From Octopus bimaculoides (taxonomy: Eukaryota), in contig NC_068982.1 in the NCBI RefSeq assembly GCF_001194135.2, forward strand, positions 190,048,280 through 190,112,279: a stretch of DNA of 64,000 nt, in the 5' to 3' direction. Position 1 is the first letter of the stretch; each line of letters starts with the position of its first letter. The translations under genes and the position numbers were made by a program. The notes beneath the pieces were generated by a model. It was given only the letters and a program-made list of their open reading frames with translations. It made no database searches and was not told the DNA's origin. Below, piece by piece: positions 26,953-40,009 of the stretch.

Positions 26953-27951
26953 NNNNNNNNNNNNNNNNNNNNNNNNNNNNNNNNNNNNNNNNNNNNNNNN
27001 NNNNNNNNNNNNNNNNNNNNNNNNNNNNNNNNNNNNNNNNNNNNNNNNNNNNNNNNNNNNNNNNNNNNNNNNNNNNNNNNNNNNNNNNNNNNNNNNNNNN
27101 NNNNNNNNNNNNNNNNNNNNNNNNNNNNNNNNNNNNNNNNNNNNNNNNNNNNNNNNNNNNNNNNNNNNNNNNNNNNNNNNNNNNNNNNNNNNNNNNNNNN
27201 NNNNNNNNNNNNNNNNNNNNNNNNNNNNNNNNNNNNNNNNNNNNNNNNNNNNNNNNNNNNNNNNNNNNNNNNNNNNNNNNNNNNNNNNNNNNNNNNNNNN
27301 NNNNNNNNNNNNNNNNNNNNNNNNNNNNNNNNNNNNNNNNNNNNNNNNNNNNNNNNNNNNNNNNNNNNNNNNNNNNNNNNNNNNNNNNNNNNNNNNNNNN
27401 NNNNNNNNNNNNNNNNNNNNNNNNNNNNNNNNNNNNNNNNNNNNNNNNNNNNNNNNNNNNNNNNNNNNNNNNNNNNNNNNNNNNNNNNNNNNNNNNNNNN
27501 NNNNNNNNNNNNNNNNNNNNNNNNNNNNNNNNNNNNNNNNNNNNNNNNNNNNNNNNNNNNNNNNNNNNNNNNNNNNNNNNNNNNNNNNNNNNNNNNNNNN
27601 NNNNNNNNNNNNNNNNNNNNNNNNNNNNNNNNNNNNNNNNNNNNNNNNNNNNNNNNNNNNNNNNNNNNNNNNNNNNNNNNNNNNNNNNNNNNNNNNNNNN
27701 NNNNNNNNNNNNNNNNNNNNNNNNNNNNNNNNNNNNNNNNNNNNNNNNNNNNNNNNNNNNNNNNNNNNNNNNNNNNNNNNNNNNNNNNNNNNNNNNNNNN
27801 NNNNNNNNNNNNNNNNNNNNNNNNNNNNNNNNNNNNNNNNNNNNNNNNNNNNNNNNNNNNNNNNNNNNNNNNNNNNNNNNNNNNNNNNNNNNNNNNNNNN
27901 NNNNNNNNNNNNNNNNNNNNNNNNNNNNNNNNNNNNNNNNNNNNNNNNNNN
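26953..27951. other. Largest assembly gap (999 N)
   Basis: Other gaps: 8775-9560, 10560-11058, 13145-13256, 14399-14479, 19676-19779, 21005-21109, 24825-25015, 36494-36721, 43375-43493, 47723-48039. Confidence 1.
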
Positions 27952-28399
27952 GGGGAGGGTGCAGTGGTAATAGTATCAGTGATGGTTGCAGTGTTATCAG
28001 TGATGATGATAATGATGATGGTGATGATGCTGGGGGGGTGGGGTGATGGCGAAAGTCGTTGTGGTGATGCTGGTGATGCTGGTGGTGAGTAATGAATTTT
28101 TGCAAAAACAGAACTTCATCTCGGTGCAGAGCCAATGTGAAATGAGTATAGCTTAGAAGCAACACAGAAGGAAGTTGGAAAATGGTGAAATAAATTCCAG
28201 AAAATAAGGGGGAGGGAGAGAGAGAGAGAGATAGAGAGAAGGGGGTAGTGGGAGTAAGCAGAATGAGAGCGAATGAATGGAAGAGATGTTTGTCTCAAGA
28301 AAATCTCTCCATAACGAGGGTCTCTATTTTCAAACAACCTCTTCTCTCAAACATACATCAAGGTTCTTTGTGTATGTGTGTGTGTGTGTCTCTCTCTCT

Positions 28400-29500
28400 C
28401 ATCATCATCATAGTTTAACGTCCGCTTTCCATGCTGGCATGGGTTAGACGGTTTGACTGAGGGCTGGCAAGCCAGAAGGCTACACCAGGCTCCAATCTGA
28501 TCTGGCAAAGTTTCTACAGCTGGATGCCCTTCCTAACGCCAACCACTTTACAGAGTGTAGTGAGTGCTTTTACGTGCCACCGGCACGGGTGCCAGTCAGG
28601 CAGCACTGACATTGGCCATGCTTGAATGGTGCTTTTTATGTGCCACTGGCACGGGTGCCAGTCAGGAGGCGCTGGTATCAGCTATGATTATGATTCCACT
28701 TGATTCAACAGGTCTTCTCAAGCACAGCTTATTGACCAACAATTGAAGGTACTTTTAAACGGGCCAGTTACATGACACTGGCATTGGCCACAGCTACAAT
28801 CTCACTTGGCTTGCCGGGTCTTCTCAAGCACAGCATATCTCCAAAGGTCTCAGTTATTTGTCACTGCCTCTGTGAGGCCTAGCATTCAAAGGTCATGCTT
28901 CACCACCTCATCTCATGTCTTCCTGGGTCTACCTCTTCCACAGGTTCCCTCCACTGTTAGGGTGTGACACTTAGCTCATCCATATGCATCATCTGACCAT
29001 ACCAGCACAGTTATCCCTCCTGCACACCACATTTGATGCTTCTGATGCCCAACTTTTCTCTCAGAGCGCTTACACTCTGTTGTGCATGCACACTGACATT
29101 ACACATCCAGCAAAGCATACTGGCTTCATTTCTTTCAAGCCTACACAAGTCCTCAGCAGTCACAGCCCATGTTGCACTGCTGTGCAGCATGGCTGTTCGC
29201 ACACATGCATCATACAATCTATCTTTCACTCTAAGAGGCTCTTTGTTACCAGCAGAGATAGGAGCTCTCTGAACTTTGCCCAGGCTATTCTTATTCTAGC
29301 CACTACACTCTCAGAGCATCCACCCTAACTACTGACTTGGTCACCTAGGTAATGGAAGCTATCAACTACTTCTATTTTTCCCCCTGGTATGTGATGGAAT
29401 CTATTTTCTATACATCTTCAGTGTTTATTGCTTCTGTGCATCTGCCACACACAAAAACTATTTTCCCAGTTAACAACCTTCCTTTGATCTCACCAAAACA
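28400..29500 (-). mobile_element. 5'-truncated RTE-clade LINE, same family
   Basis: RLYDACVRTAMLHSSATWAVTAEDLCRLERNEASML...; collinear with 4340-4905 and 58900-59560. Confidence 0.9.
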
Positions 29501-31209
29501 AAAATTCCATTTGGAATGTGTTCTGTTAAAAATTGTGAATAAAACACTACAGGAGCCTGGCTGGCCCCTATCAGGCTGTGCTAGTAATTGTCAAGACCTC
29601 AGGTGTTCTCAGCTCTCACATTGATGGTTTACTCTTCAAATTTGGGATAACTATGGCTGAGAAATGAGCCTCACAAGATGGGAGGGGGGGGGGGCTGTTG
29701 CAGCAAGTGTTGCTGGCCATTCTCTGCAGCAACACCTTTGCAATCATGTTTGTGAGGTACAGCTACACATACCATTTGATCTGGGGTATATAATCCTTTA
29801 CTCCACCTCCCCCAGCATCCACTGCTTAATTCCTCTCCACCATATAATCCTTATGGTTTTACAGTATAGACATAAATATATTTAAACACTGACAGACTTC
29901 CATAACTAAAATCTACAACCATTTCCAGAGTTCTTTCTTAAAGAAACCAAATCAAAATTTCCAGAATATAAATGAGTGTGAACAAACAAAGATCGGTGAA
30001 AAACCTGTTTATGCTTTGATTTGTGAATGGGGGAGGAACACAATGATGAGTTTTTACTGCATTTTAGACTTGAAGAAGAAATATACTTGAAAGCTTTTGT
30101 TACAGTTCTGATATTTCTGATGTCTAACGATGGATATTAATGTGCAGGAGTTTGTTTTCAAATGTAATTCTGAAGAATTGAAGCTGCAAATATACCTTAT
30201 CTTGGTTTACTCGTTTTGCCCCGTCTGAATTTGTCTTTTATATGCTCAAAGAGGATGGAGATAATTTTCAGATAATGTTACACTGTTTTTAATGCATTTA
30301 GAGAAGATCTTTTGCTTTGCTGTTATAGTTTTTGTAAATTAGTGAACATTTGTAAAAAATACATTTCTTCTCAAAGTCAAAAGTGTAGTAAAAACTTCTC
30401 GTGGAAAAAAGACCCAAAATGAGGTGAAAGGAAGTGTTTTGCTCAAGAGAACAACCTGTCGCCCGGTCCACAAGAAGAAACCACAATCTTATGATCAGGA
30501 GTCCAACACCCTAACCACTGAGCCACGTGCCTCCACATAGTTTTACAGATACTTCTTGCACATTAACTTGTAAGACATTAGAGAAACAAACTGAGCTGTT
30601 TCTTGCTATAAACACATCATTATCATTTAACGTCCGTAGTCCATGCTGGCATGGGTTGGACAGTTTGACCACAGCTGACCAGCTGGAAGGCTGCACCAGC
30701 CTCCAGTCTGATTTGGCATGGTTTTCTACAGCTGGATGTCCTTCCTAATGCCAACCACTCCAAGAGTGTAATGGGTGCTTTTATGTGCCACTGGAACAGG
30801 TGCCATTTGCATGACACTGGTATCTGCCATGCCTGCCAGTTCACTTGGCTTGATGGGTCTTCTTCTCAAGCAAGACATACCAAAGGTCTCAGTCATTGCC
30901 TCCATGAGGCTCAACGCTTGAAAGGAACTTGGTGGCCATTTTGCCTCCATGAGGCCCAATGCTCGAAAGAGACTCAGTCGCTTTGCCTCTGTAAGGCTCA
31001 ACGCTCAAAGGGAACTCAGCCACTTTGCCTCCATGAGGTCCAACGTCTAAAGTAAACCTTTCATGGGCCCTTAAAATACTACAGTGGATCTCCAATTTAC
31101 TATTTTGCTTGTGCGAACCCCAAAAGTTTTATATGCCCCCCCCCCCCACTCAGAGGGGTCGTATAGACCCTAGTTGAGAACCATGGATTTAAAGATTACA
31201 AGAGGAGAA

Positions 31210-31480
31210 AATTATTAGAAAATTACGTGAGATATTCAGCAACAGTATTCTGTAGTAACATGGCAGTCCTGGTTTAGGACGAATGTTGCTGTAATTTAGC
31301 CCCAGGAGACATAGATATTGTTTTGAGCTGAGTGGGGGTGCTAGATTCCCTTGCTTGAAAATATAAGGACACAGATTGTGTCGTATAGCCAGCTGGGGAT
31401 GATGTCACCTGGGGCTAAATTACAGCAACATTACTCCTTAACCAGGACTGCCACGTTATGTTGGCAAACAATCTTTATGA
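31210..31480. mobile_element. Long-TIR MITE, most complete copy
   Basis: catggcagtcctggtttaggacgaatgttgctgtaatttagccccagg ... cctggggctaaattacagcaacatt..aaccaggactgccacg. Other copies at ~115-230, ~54270-54500 (opposite core orientation) and ~54620-54720 (internally deleted). Confidence 0.8.
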
Positions 31481-31607
31481 GAAAATTATTATAATTATTA
31501 ACGAGAGTTGAACACCTGAAAAACAAGACCAACAACAACAACAAAGCAAAGGGAATATGTAAAAAAAAGACAAAAAGAGATAAAAAAAAGATGTAGAATT
31601 ACTTTAC

Positions 31608-31722
31608 CAATAATGGCATCAATGGATTGTGTTGCTATAGAACTGTTAACGACGACGCCACCCAGTTTCGTCTTTTTACCATAATAGAGATCATTGGGCC
31701 ATTTCACTCTCAGATCCAGTTC
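31608..31722 (-). CDS. HLCS: HLCS coding exon 9 (ELDLRVKWPNDLYYGKKTKLGGVVVNS...AIIG)
   Basis: Acceptor ttttggcag|GAA, donor ATTG|GTAAAG, 115 nt, phase 0-1; invariant KWPND and KxGG motifs. CDS continues beyond this exon but was not found. Confidence 0.98.
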
Positions 31723-31974
31723 CTGCCAAAACGAACCAAAATATTCCAGTTTTTAGAAACACCATTATAACATTTGATCATTTATAGTCGTTCATGCAGA
31801 ATTACCAATATTTCAATATTTGGCAAAAGTCTTCATTTCGTACACGTCTTATACTCATTATTATTCCTTTACCAAAATTTAGATTTCAAAATTGAAATCG
31901 TTTGGGGAGTTTTTGCAAGGACTTGTAAGAATTCTGGGAAATCACAGAAACTTTTACTCCACATAAAATATTGG

Positions 31975-32385
31975 TGGTGATGATGATGATGATGATGATG
32001 TAGTGATGATGATGATGATGATGTGGTAGTGGCGGTGGCGGTGTTGATGATGATGTGGTAGTGGTGGTGATGATGATGTGGTGATGATGATGATGATGTG
32101 GTGATGATGATGATGATGTGGTAGTGGCGGTGGTGGTGATGATAATGATAATGATGATGATGTGGTAGTGATGATGATGATGTGATGGTGGTGGTGATGA
32201 TGATAATGTGATGATGATGTTGATGATGATGATGTGGTGATGATGATGATGATGATGTAATGATGATGTGGTGGTGGTGATGACTTTAATGCTGCTCCTG
32301 ATGACAATGATGGTGATGATGACTACAATACTGTTACTGATGATGAGAGCAACAATCTTGATGATGATGATGATGATGAATGATT
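31975..32385. repeat. Compound (GAT)n/(GGT)n trinucleotide tract ~250 bp from the HLCS exon 9 acceptor
   Basis: About 400 bp of gatgatgat/ggtggt; source of the poly-H/I/S ORFs in the track. Confidence 0.95.
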
Positions 32386-34012
32386 ACGGTCATGATCCCA
32401 TCACAAGAATCACCAGCACCCAAAGAAGGCGGTGGGGGGGAGCACTAATATTCCCCCCTCATCCCCACCACCATTAGGTTACTTCTCTCCCCCCCCTCCG
32501 TTGCACTCAATACAGTTTCTTTCCTCTAATTTATTTCCAATAACCACTGTTTCTTTTTTTTGTTTTTCTTTGGTTTACATTTGTTTACATTCTTTCTCCT
32601 ACAAAAAATACTTTCTTTCTGTCTTTCTTTTTTTTAGTCGGGGGGGGGGGAAGGCGAGGTGTTCCTATGGTTTTTGTTGTTTGTATTTTTTTGACTTTAT
32701 TGCTAAAATATGCTAAAACAACATTGTAGAAGAAGAAGCACAATAGAAAAAGAGTCGTGAATTCTACTTAGCGTGGAAGATGTAAGTGCGGAGACTTACA
32801 GAAAATGGTAACACGAGAACCATGCAGTGTCCATGGCCGCAACAATTTTTACCCAGCCACCCCCCCACTTCCAGCACAGATACCCACCACCACCACCACC
32901 TATTCACTCATCTCTGAGGTTTTATACTTTGGCCTTTTGTTGTTTTGGTTATATTTTCATTGAGAAGGAAAGGGAGGGGGGTCTTTGTTATTCTTGTGCT
33001 CTTTTTTTTTTTCTTTTTGGGTCTTTTTTTTTTCCTTTTCGTTTTATTTTTCTTTCCGGAAGCATCATTAATGGCCTGTTCAATATTCAGCATCACAGAG
33101 TTGCCATTCTCTTTGAGGGAGGATACAGTAACAGAATTTGCATCACTGGAATTGTTAGTACAGGGCTGGCGTTACGAAACAGGACACCAACAGCAAACAA
33201 AACAGGTTCAATTTGAGCTGATGATCTTCACACATTCCATTTACTTAAAATGGAAGCAACCAGTTCAAAGCCAGAGATACAGAGCACAGGAGGTGTTGTA
33301 GCTGTCACAGGTTCTCATCACAGATAAGGTACTGATTTAAATCTAAACAGAATAATAGACATCAATTGTGTCTACAGCTACATCACAACAGTTTCAACGC
33401 AAGGCATTTGTTTACTTGCTCAACAGTCTGGCCCCATAAGCTTCCATTTTGCTCACTTTCGCTCAAACACACACAATTTCATCTGTGTAAAAAAAAACTA
33501 AAACTGTAAATCTCTTGCTGGACTAAAGAGACATTTCCCATCACACAACAAGCAATCTCAAACCACCTTCTAGAACAGTGCTTCCCAACATGGGGTCAAC
33601 TGGGGGTCTGTGAACTAAATTCAAAATTTCATATACATACATATATACATAAGGATAAACATATCACAAGGGGTCTGTGGGAAAACTCATTTAAATAAAA
33701 GGGTTGGGAACCCTTGTTCTAGTAATTCTAAATTGTAAATGTTCAGCTCCATATTACCTGTGAGTTTGTGTGCTGATGTCTGTGTCCTGTGTTAATGCTG
33801 GTGTCAAGAAGAGTCATTCTCAATTAATGAGTTGACACCAATCATATACACACACATATACATGTTTTATGTTATGCCTAGAAGCAGTACAGGGTATATG
33901 AGAATTTTTGACCTGAGAGTCAAATATAACAAATGACTCCAAACCATCGTTAGGGTATCTGCATAAATGGAGCCAAGATTGGTTAGTTTGTACTAGAATT
34001 GAATTGTATTAG

Positions 34013-34244
34013 TTGTAATAATGAAGTCAAACACCAAATAAGGATCTTTTGAAGTCATTTAATACATATGTTTCAGGTTTGTGTAATAAATTGCGTAAAC
34101 CTTCCTCAGTTAAAACATTTCAAAATGTTTAAACTGAGGAAGGTTTATGTAATGGATGCATTTCCTGTTGTCGCATAAACCCGAAACATATGTATTAAAT
34201 GATTTCAAAAGATCCCTATTTGGTGTTTGACTTTATTATTACAA
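34013..34244. mobile_element. Near-complete palindromic MITE-like element
   Basis: Outer arms ttgtaataatgaagtcaaacaccaaat...catatgtttc / gaaacatatg...tttgactttattattacaa; inner hairpin 34096-34147. Confidence 0.8.
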
Positions 34245-34677
34245 TTATATTTATGTGTCTTTGTGTTTGTTTGTCCCCCACCCCCACCACTTGGCAACCA
34301 GTGTTTGTGTGTTTACGTCCCTGTAACTTAGTGGTTCAGCAAAAGTGACCAATACAATATGCACCAGGCTTTACCAAAAGTAAGTACTGGGGTCGATTCA
34401 TTCAACTAGCAAAATTGTTCAAGGCAGTGCTCCAGCATGGCCAGTCTAATGACTGGAACAAGCAAAAGATAAAAAATTTGTTTCGTGTTTTGGAACATAA
34501 TTTGAAATTTTCCTGTAAAGTTTTTAGATCCCTTTAAAACGGGGTTTGCTTCATAGAACCAAGGGTCAGCCTCGGATGAGTCAGTCTCAAAAGGGTTAAA
34601 GACGTAAATTTTTAGAGAGACTGAAATTATTTTTGTTTCAAATTTTGGTACAAGGCCATCAATTTCATTATATATAG

Positions 34678-35020
34678 TGCGAAGCCGCATGGCTCAGTGG
34701 TTAGAGCATCAAGTTTACAATCATGAGGTTGTGAGTTCGAATCCCGGACTGGGCTGCATGTTGTGTTCTTGAGCAAGACACTTTATTTCATGTTGTTCCA
34801 GTTCACTCAGCTGTAGAAATGAGTTGCGACGCCATAGGTGCCAAGCTGTATCGGCCCCTTTGCCTTTGCCTTGGATAAAACTGGTGGCATGGAGAAAGGA
34901 GGCCGGTATCCATGGGCGACTGCTGGTCTTCCATAAACAACCTTGCCCGGACTTGTGCCTGAGAGGGTAACTTGCTAGGTGCAATCCCATGGTCAGTCAT
35001 GACCGAAGGGGGTCTCAGCA
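34678..35020 (+). mobile_element. SINE family D, second full-length copy
   Basis: Collinear with 52949-53287. A related subfamily with a different 3' half lies at ~8350-8660(-), 41724-41990(+), 48395-48680(-), 52190-52520(-), 57380-57715(-). Confidence 0.9.
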
Positions 35021-35572
35021 ATATATATATAGCATATATAGTAGAAACAATAGACATGGATGATAGAGTTTACTGGAAACTTTATTTATCACAATGATTG
35101 TTATGACACTTCCTGCACTGCACCTTCGTGGATGGGGAACTAAACAACAAATCACAGTGGATGACACCAGGTAGCCATAGGCAGCGAAAGTGCTTTGTCA
35201 GCATACTACTAGGGAAATACACCTGGTAGATTCAAAGACTGCATCATGCTTCAGTGTCCCCTTTGTGCGACTAGCATGAGTGAGGCTACCAGACTATGAG
35301 CCGCATGAGGATGACTTTATGCTAGGAGATAGAAGCAGAAGCATGAGTGAAGGGGCCAAATCAAAACAAGTTTCTTGCTGCAGAGGAGGTGGATGACAAA
35401 TCACATTGGGGTCTTGATGATGATGATTTTGCTCTGCTTCCTAACCACATGTTTCCAGGTTCAATCCTACTGTGTGGTACTTTGGGCAAGTGGCTTCTAC
35501 TGTAGCGTCATGCCAGCCAGAGCCTTGTGAGAGGACTTGGCAAACAGAAACTGGAAGAAGCCTGTCATATGT

Positions 35573-35616
<44 letters not shown>

Positions 35617-36341
35617 TACACTAATGCTTGACAACAGGTGTTGGTTTGTTTACATCTCTGTAACTTAGTGGTTTGACAAAAATGGCCCATAAAATAAGTA
35701 CAAGGATTTAAAAACAAAAAATAAGTACTGGGGTCAATCTATTCAACTAAATTTCCTCAAGGCAATGCCTCTTCTTTGTCCCTCACTCCACTCCATTGAC
35801 CACTTAGTCCTCCACCCAGTCCCCTTTATCTCCATCTCTCTCCATCTGTCAAACTCCTTTCACATTCTCACCTCTTCAGCTACTCTTTCTCTTCTTCTTG
35901 TATGTTCAGGGTGACGCCCCAGTGCCTCATTACCACCATCCCTTTTTCCCTCTTTTCAGCTTGGGAAACCATGTATCTTCTCTAAAGCAAGACATTCATT
36001 TCTATCTTTCCATCATACTTCAACCTCTCAACATCTGGCATCAAGCCACCTTCCTTGATGCCAGACTCCCACCCTCTCTGACAAGGTCTTGTCTTGTGGG
36101 TCACCTCTCAGTGACCGCAGTAGTACAGGTGCCATGCAAAAAGTGCCACGCCAAAGCAGACACTGGTGCTCAATGCAGATCTCTGGCTGAGGCAGATCCT
36201 GTTGAATTGTCCAACCCATGCCAGCACAGAAGACAGATGTTAAACAATGACAATGATATGTGTGTGTATACATACACATTCAAGTACATAAATATATGAG
36301 TTTCTGCATGTGTGTGTGTGTGTGTATCTATCTATCTTACA

Positions 36342-36390
<49 letters not shown>

Positions 36391-37198
36391 CATACATACA
36401 TGTATATAAAGGAATACAAAAGATGGGACAAGAACGCAAAACATCCAGACAGATGATACAAAAAAGGGATGAGAAAAAACAAGGACGGGTTATNNNNNNN
36501 NNNNNNNNNNNNNNNNNNNNNNNNNNNNNNNNNNNNNNNNNNNNNNNNNNNNNNNNNNNNNNNNNNNNNNNNNNNNNNNNNNNNNNNNNNNNNNNNNNNN
36601 NNNNNNNNNNNNNNNNNNNNNNNNNNNNNNNNNNNNNNNNNNNNNNNNNNNNNNNNNNNNNNNNNNNNNNNNNNNNNNNNNNNNNNNNNNNNNNNNNNNN
36701 NNNNNNNNNNNNNNNNNNNNNTATATACACATAAACATACATGTGCATGCGTGTGCATGTGTGTAGAAATGCTATATAGACATTGTATTTAATATATATT
36801 CTGTAGTACTATTTATTTTAAAATGGAAACTGCTCATGCTTTAAATACCATTCCACCACCACCACCACCACCACCATCACCATTGCAATGATCTCCACTT
36901 CCACCACCACAACCACCACCATCATCTCGTACTCAAGGGAGGGAGTGGGGAGAGTGGAGGGAAAATTTTATGATTGCCATTAATAATTTTAACATGTAAT
37001 TTCTCATGCAAGCCTTTGGAAGTCTTTTAAGGTGATTCTGTTGTGAATATTTACTAGGAACCAGTTTGGCAATTCAAAAACAGCCCATAATTATGTCTAA
37101 CATGAGCAAATATGGTGAGAAAATGCAAATTAAAATTGGGATATAAACGAATTATTGGTGAATGTTTGCACACGAGAGAGAGAGAGAGAAAGAGAGAG

Positions 37199-37246
<48 letters not shown>

Positions 37247-37655
37247 AAGTTCACAACGATTACCATCAACAACTGCCTCCCCACCAGCATCATGGCCATC
37301 CACCACTTCCACTGCCTCCACCACCATCACTTACAACTGCAGCAGCAACTCAAGTATTTTCCTCCTCCATGTTTTTTGCATCAGCACAAATTAACAACAC
37401 TATCTTCCATCTCTTCATGCATCTTGTGCATGTGTGTGTGTGGGGGGGGAGTGTGTGTGTGTGTGTGTTTGGATGTGTGGGGGAGTGTGTGTGTGTGGGT
37501 GCGTGGGAAGAGTGTGTGTGTGTTTGTGAGAGAGAGAGAGTGTGTGCTATTGTATGTGTGTGTGTGTGTGTGTCTGAGTGCGTGTGTATGAGTGTGTTTG
37601 TGTGTGTGTGTCTGAGTGTGTGTGTGTGTGTGTGAGTGTGTGAGCACAAGCACAA

Positions 37656-37693
<38 letters not shown>

Positions 37694-38754
37694 ATCCATG
37701 TGTGTGCACGTGAGTGCATGTGCATGAGTGTGTAACTCGTCTGACTCATTGGTGGAAAACCATTTTAAGTTCCAGGCTCCGAGGTGATCTTCACAAGCGC
37801 TGATGCCATGAGAAACTCCACCCAGAGGGTATGCTGTTCAGTGGGTGGCATTGGGAAGGGCATCCAACTGTAGAAACCATTCCACGGCAGATGCTGGAAC
37901 AGGATGCAGTCCTCCAACTCACTGCGTCCTGTCAAAGCATGCAACCCAAACTAGTCCAGAAGCCAAATATTAAATGATGGTGACAGAGAGGACTGCAGTC
38001 TCTAACCCAAACACCTTGTCTCGCTCTCTTCCCCTCACACTGCTACTTCCTCCTCCCAACTGAGGAGGCTTTTGCTGTGCAAGTTACGTGGTGAACCTGT
38101 TGGTTCTGGAGTCACATAAGAAATGAAGTCTAACCAAAGCAAAGCAAATATGTTAATGTTTTTTTTTGTGTCCAGGACATACATGTACACACACAGCAGA
38201 ATAAAACAGTGATAAACGTTCCTTCCAATTATAGGAAAAGGTCTGGTGGGCTAACGATTCTGCTGGCTGTGCTGGTGGCACGTAAAAAGATACCTGCTTG
38301 ACTGGCTCCTGTGCCAGTGGCACGTAAAAAGCACCCACTACATTCTCGGAGTGGTTGGCATTAGGAAAGGCAAGCAGCTGTAGAAACCTTGCTAGATCAG
38401 ACTGGAGCCTGGTGCAGACCCCTGGCTTGCCAGTCCTCAGTCAAACTGTCCAACCCATGCCAGCATGGAAAGCAGATGTTAAATGAAGATGATGATGATA
38501 ACGATGATGTGTATGTGTGTATGTATTATATACACACAATTATACAGAGTCTTGGAACATTTTGTAGCTTCGTATTGTGTGTGTTAAGCACAAAAACAAG
38601 TTATTCTCTAACATAGATGCATTTGTATCTCTAAAAATACACACCCCCAACTAGATTCCACAGCCATACAATGATCCCTCATTCCAACCCCATCCCTCAC
38701 CCCCGCAATAGGTGAAAACTCATAAATTAGAAATAGTACTTTCGTTTATTCATT

Positions 38755-39135
38755 TCAGTTACTTGAGTGTGGCCATGCTGGAGCACTAACCTTTAGTCAA
38801 GCAAATCGACTCCAGGACTTATTCTTTGTAAGCCTAGTACTTATTCTATCGGTCTCTTTTGCCAAACTGCTAAGTTATGGGGACATAAACACACCAGCAT
38901 CAGTTGTCAAGCGATGTTGGGGGGGACAAACACAGACACAGAACCATACACACCCACACACACACACACACATACATGATGGGCTTCTTTCAGTTTCCGT
39001 CTACCAAATCCACTCACAAAGCTTTGGTTGGCCCGGGGCTATAGTGGAAGACACTTGCCCAAAGTGCCACGCAGTGGAACTGAACCCAGAATCATGTAGT
39101 TGGTAAGCAAGCTACTTACCACACAGCCACTCCTT
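38755..39135 (-). mobile_element. SINE family A, full-length copy
   Basis: Reverse complement of 1037-1413. Confidence 0.9.
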
Positions 39136-39303
39136 TATTATTTTTATAATTTGTATATATTTATTTTATTATAAATGCAAAACAACACCACAGAGAAAGC
39201 TTAAATAATAAACTGCGATAGGTGAACCGCGATATGGCGAAGGATTCCTGTCCACACCTGAATATACACCTGAAAGCCAAGTAAATAAAACACTTAATAC
39301 AAC

Positions 39304-39334
<31 letters not shown>

Positions 39335-39365
39335 GGAAATCAATAAAGTTTCGTTGGAGACAAAC

Positions 39366-39526
39366 CTCATATCCTGGCAGTGTCCTGACACTGCGGACCA
39401 CAGAAACCGTGACAATATGCTGCAGGAAGACAGGATTGCTACCAAGTAATGAACTGCGATCAAGTTGAACATGAAGAGTGAACATAGCACAGCCAACGGG
39501 ACTCAACCACTGGTTACCACCACGGC
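39366..39526 (-). CDS. HLCS: HLCS coding exon 8 (GRGGNQWLSPVGCAMF...RTLPGYE)
   Basis: Acceptor ttgtatag|GC, donor GAG|GTTTGT, 161 nt, phase 1-0; GRGGNxWLSPxGCA biotin-binding loop. Confidence 0.98.
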
Positions 39527-39659
39527 CTATACAACAAAGGGTAAAATATAAAAAAGTAGGATTAAATTGTGGCAATTTAAGACTTTAATAATGTCATTTT
39601 ATGAAAATCTGGTAAACTCGATTGAGACAGTATTAAAATGGCCGAGTAATAGATGTGTA

Positions 39660-39890
39660 TCGTACACAATGTATGAAGAGAGTGCAAGGCAGGTGGACAG
39701 GTCCACCTTGTTCGAATGCCAGAGACACGACTCCCCAACTTTAAAAAAAAATGATGGCTTCAATATTTGGGGGGAAGACTTCAGTGCGCCTTACATTGAA
39801 AAGGTAGACAATTGCTGCCCCAGAAGGAAGTGACCAAACGAAGAATGAAAGACATTAATAAACGAATAAAAAACATTGGACAATAGGGAG
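39660..39890 (+). mobile_element. Old RTE-type LINE C-terminal relic of a different family
   Basis: HLVRMPETRLP followed by KRRMKDINKRIK resembles RTE GHLVRMxDxRLPK...KRxKD. Confidence 0.55.
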
Positions 39891-39904
39891 TTAGCAGAAA
39901 CAGT

Positions 39905-40009
39905 AGAAGACCAGAACGATCAATTCTATGGCTATTTCTAGAAGACCAGAAAGACTTATTCTTTGGCTATTTCCAGAACACCAGAACAATTGATTCTATG
40001 GCTATTTCT
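39905..40009. repeat. 35-bp minisatellite, 3 units
   Basis: agaagaccagaacgatcaattctatggctatttct / agaagaccagaaagacttattctttggctatttcc / agaacaccagaacaattgattctatggctatttct. Confidence 0.9.
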
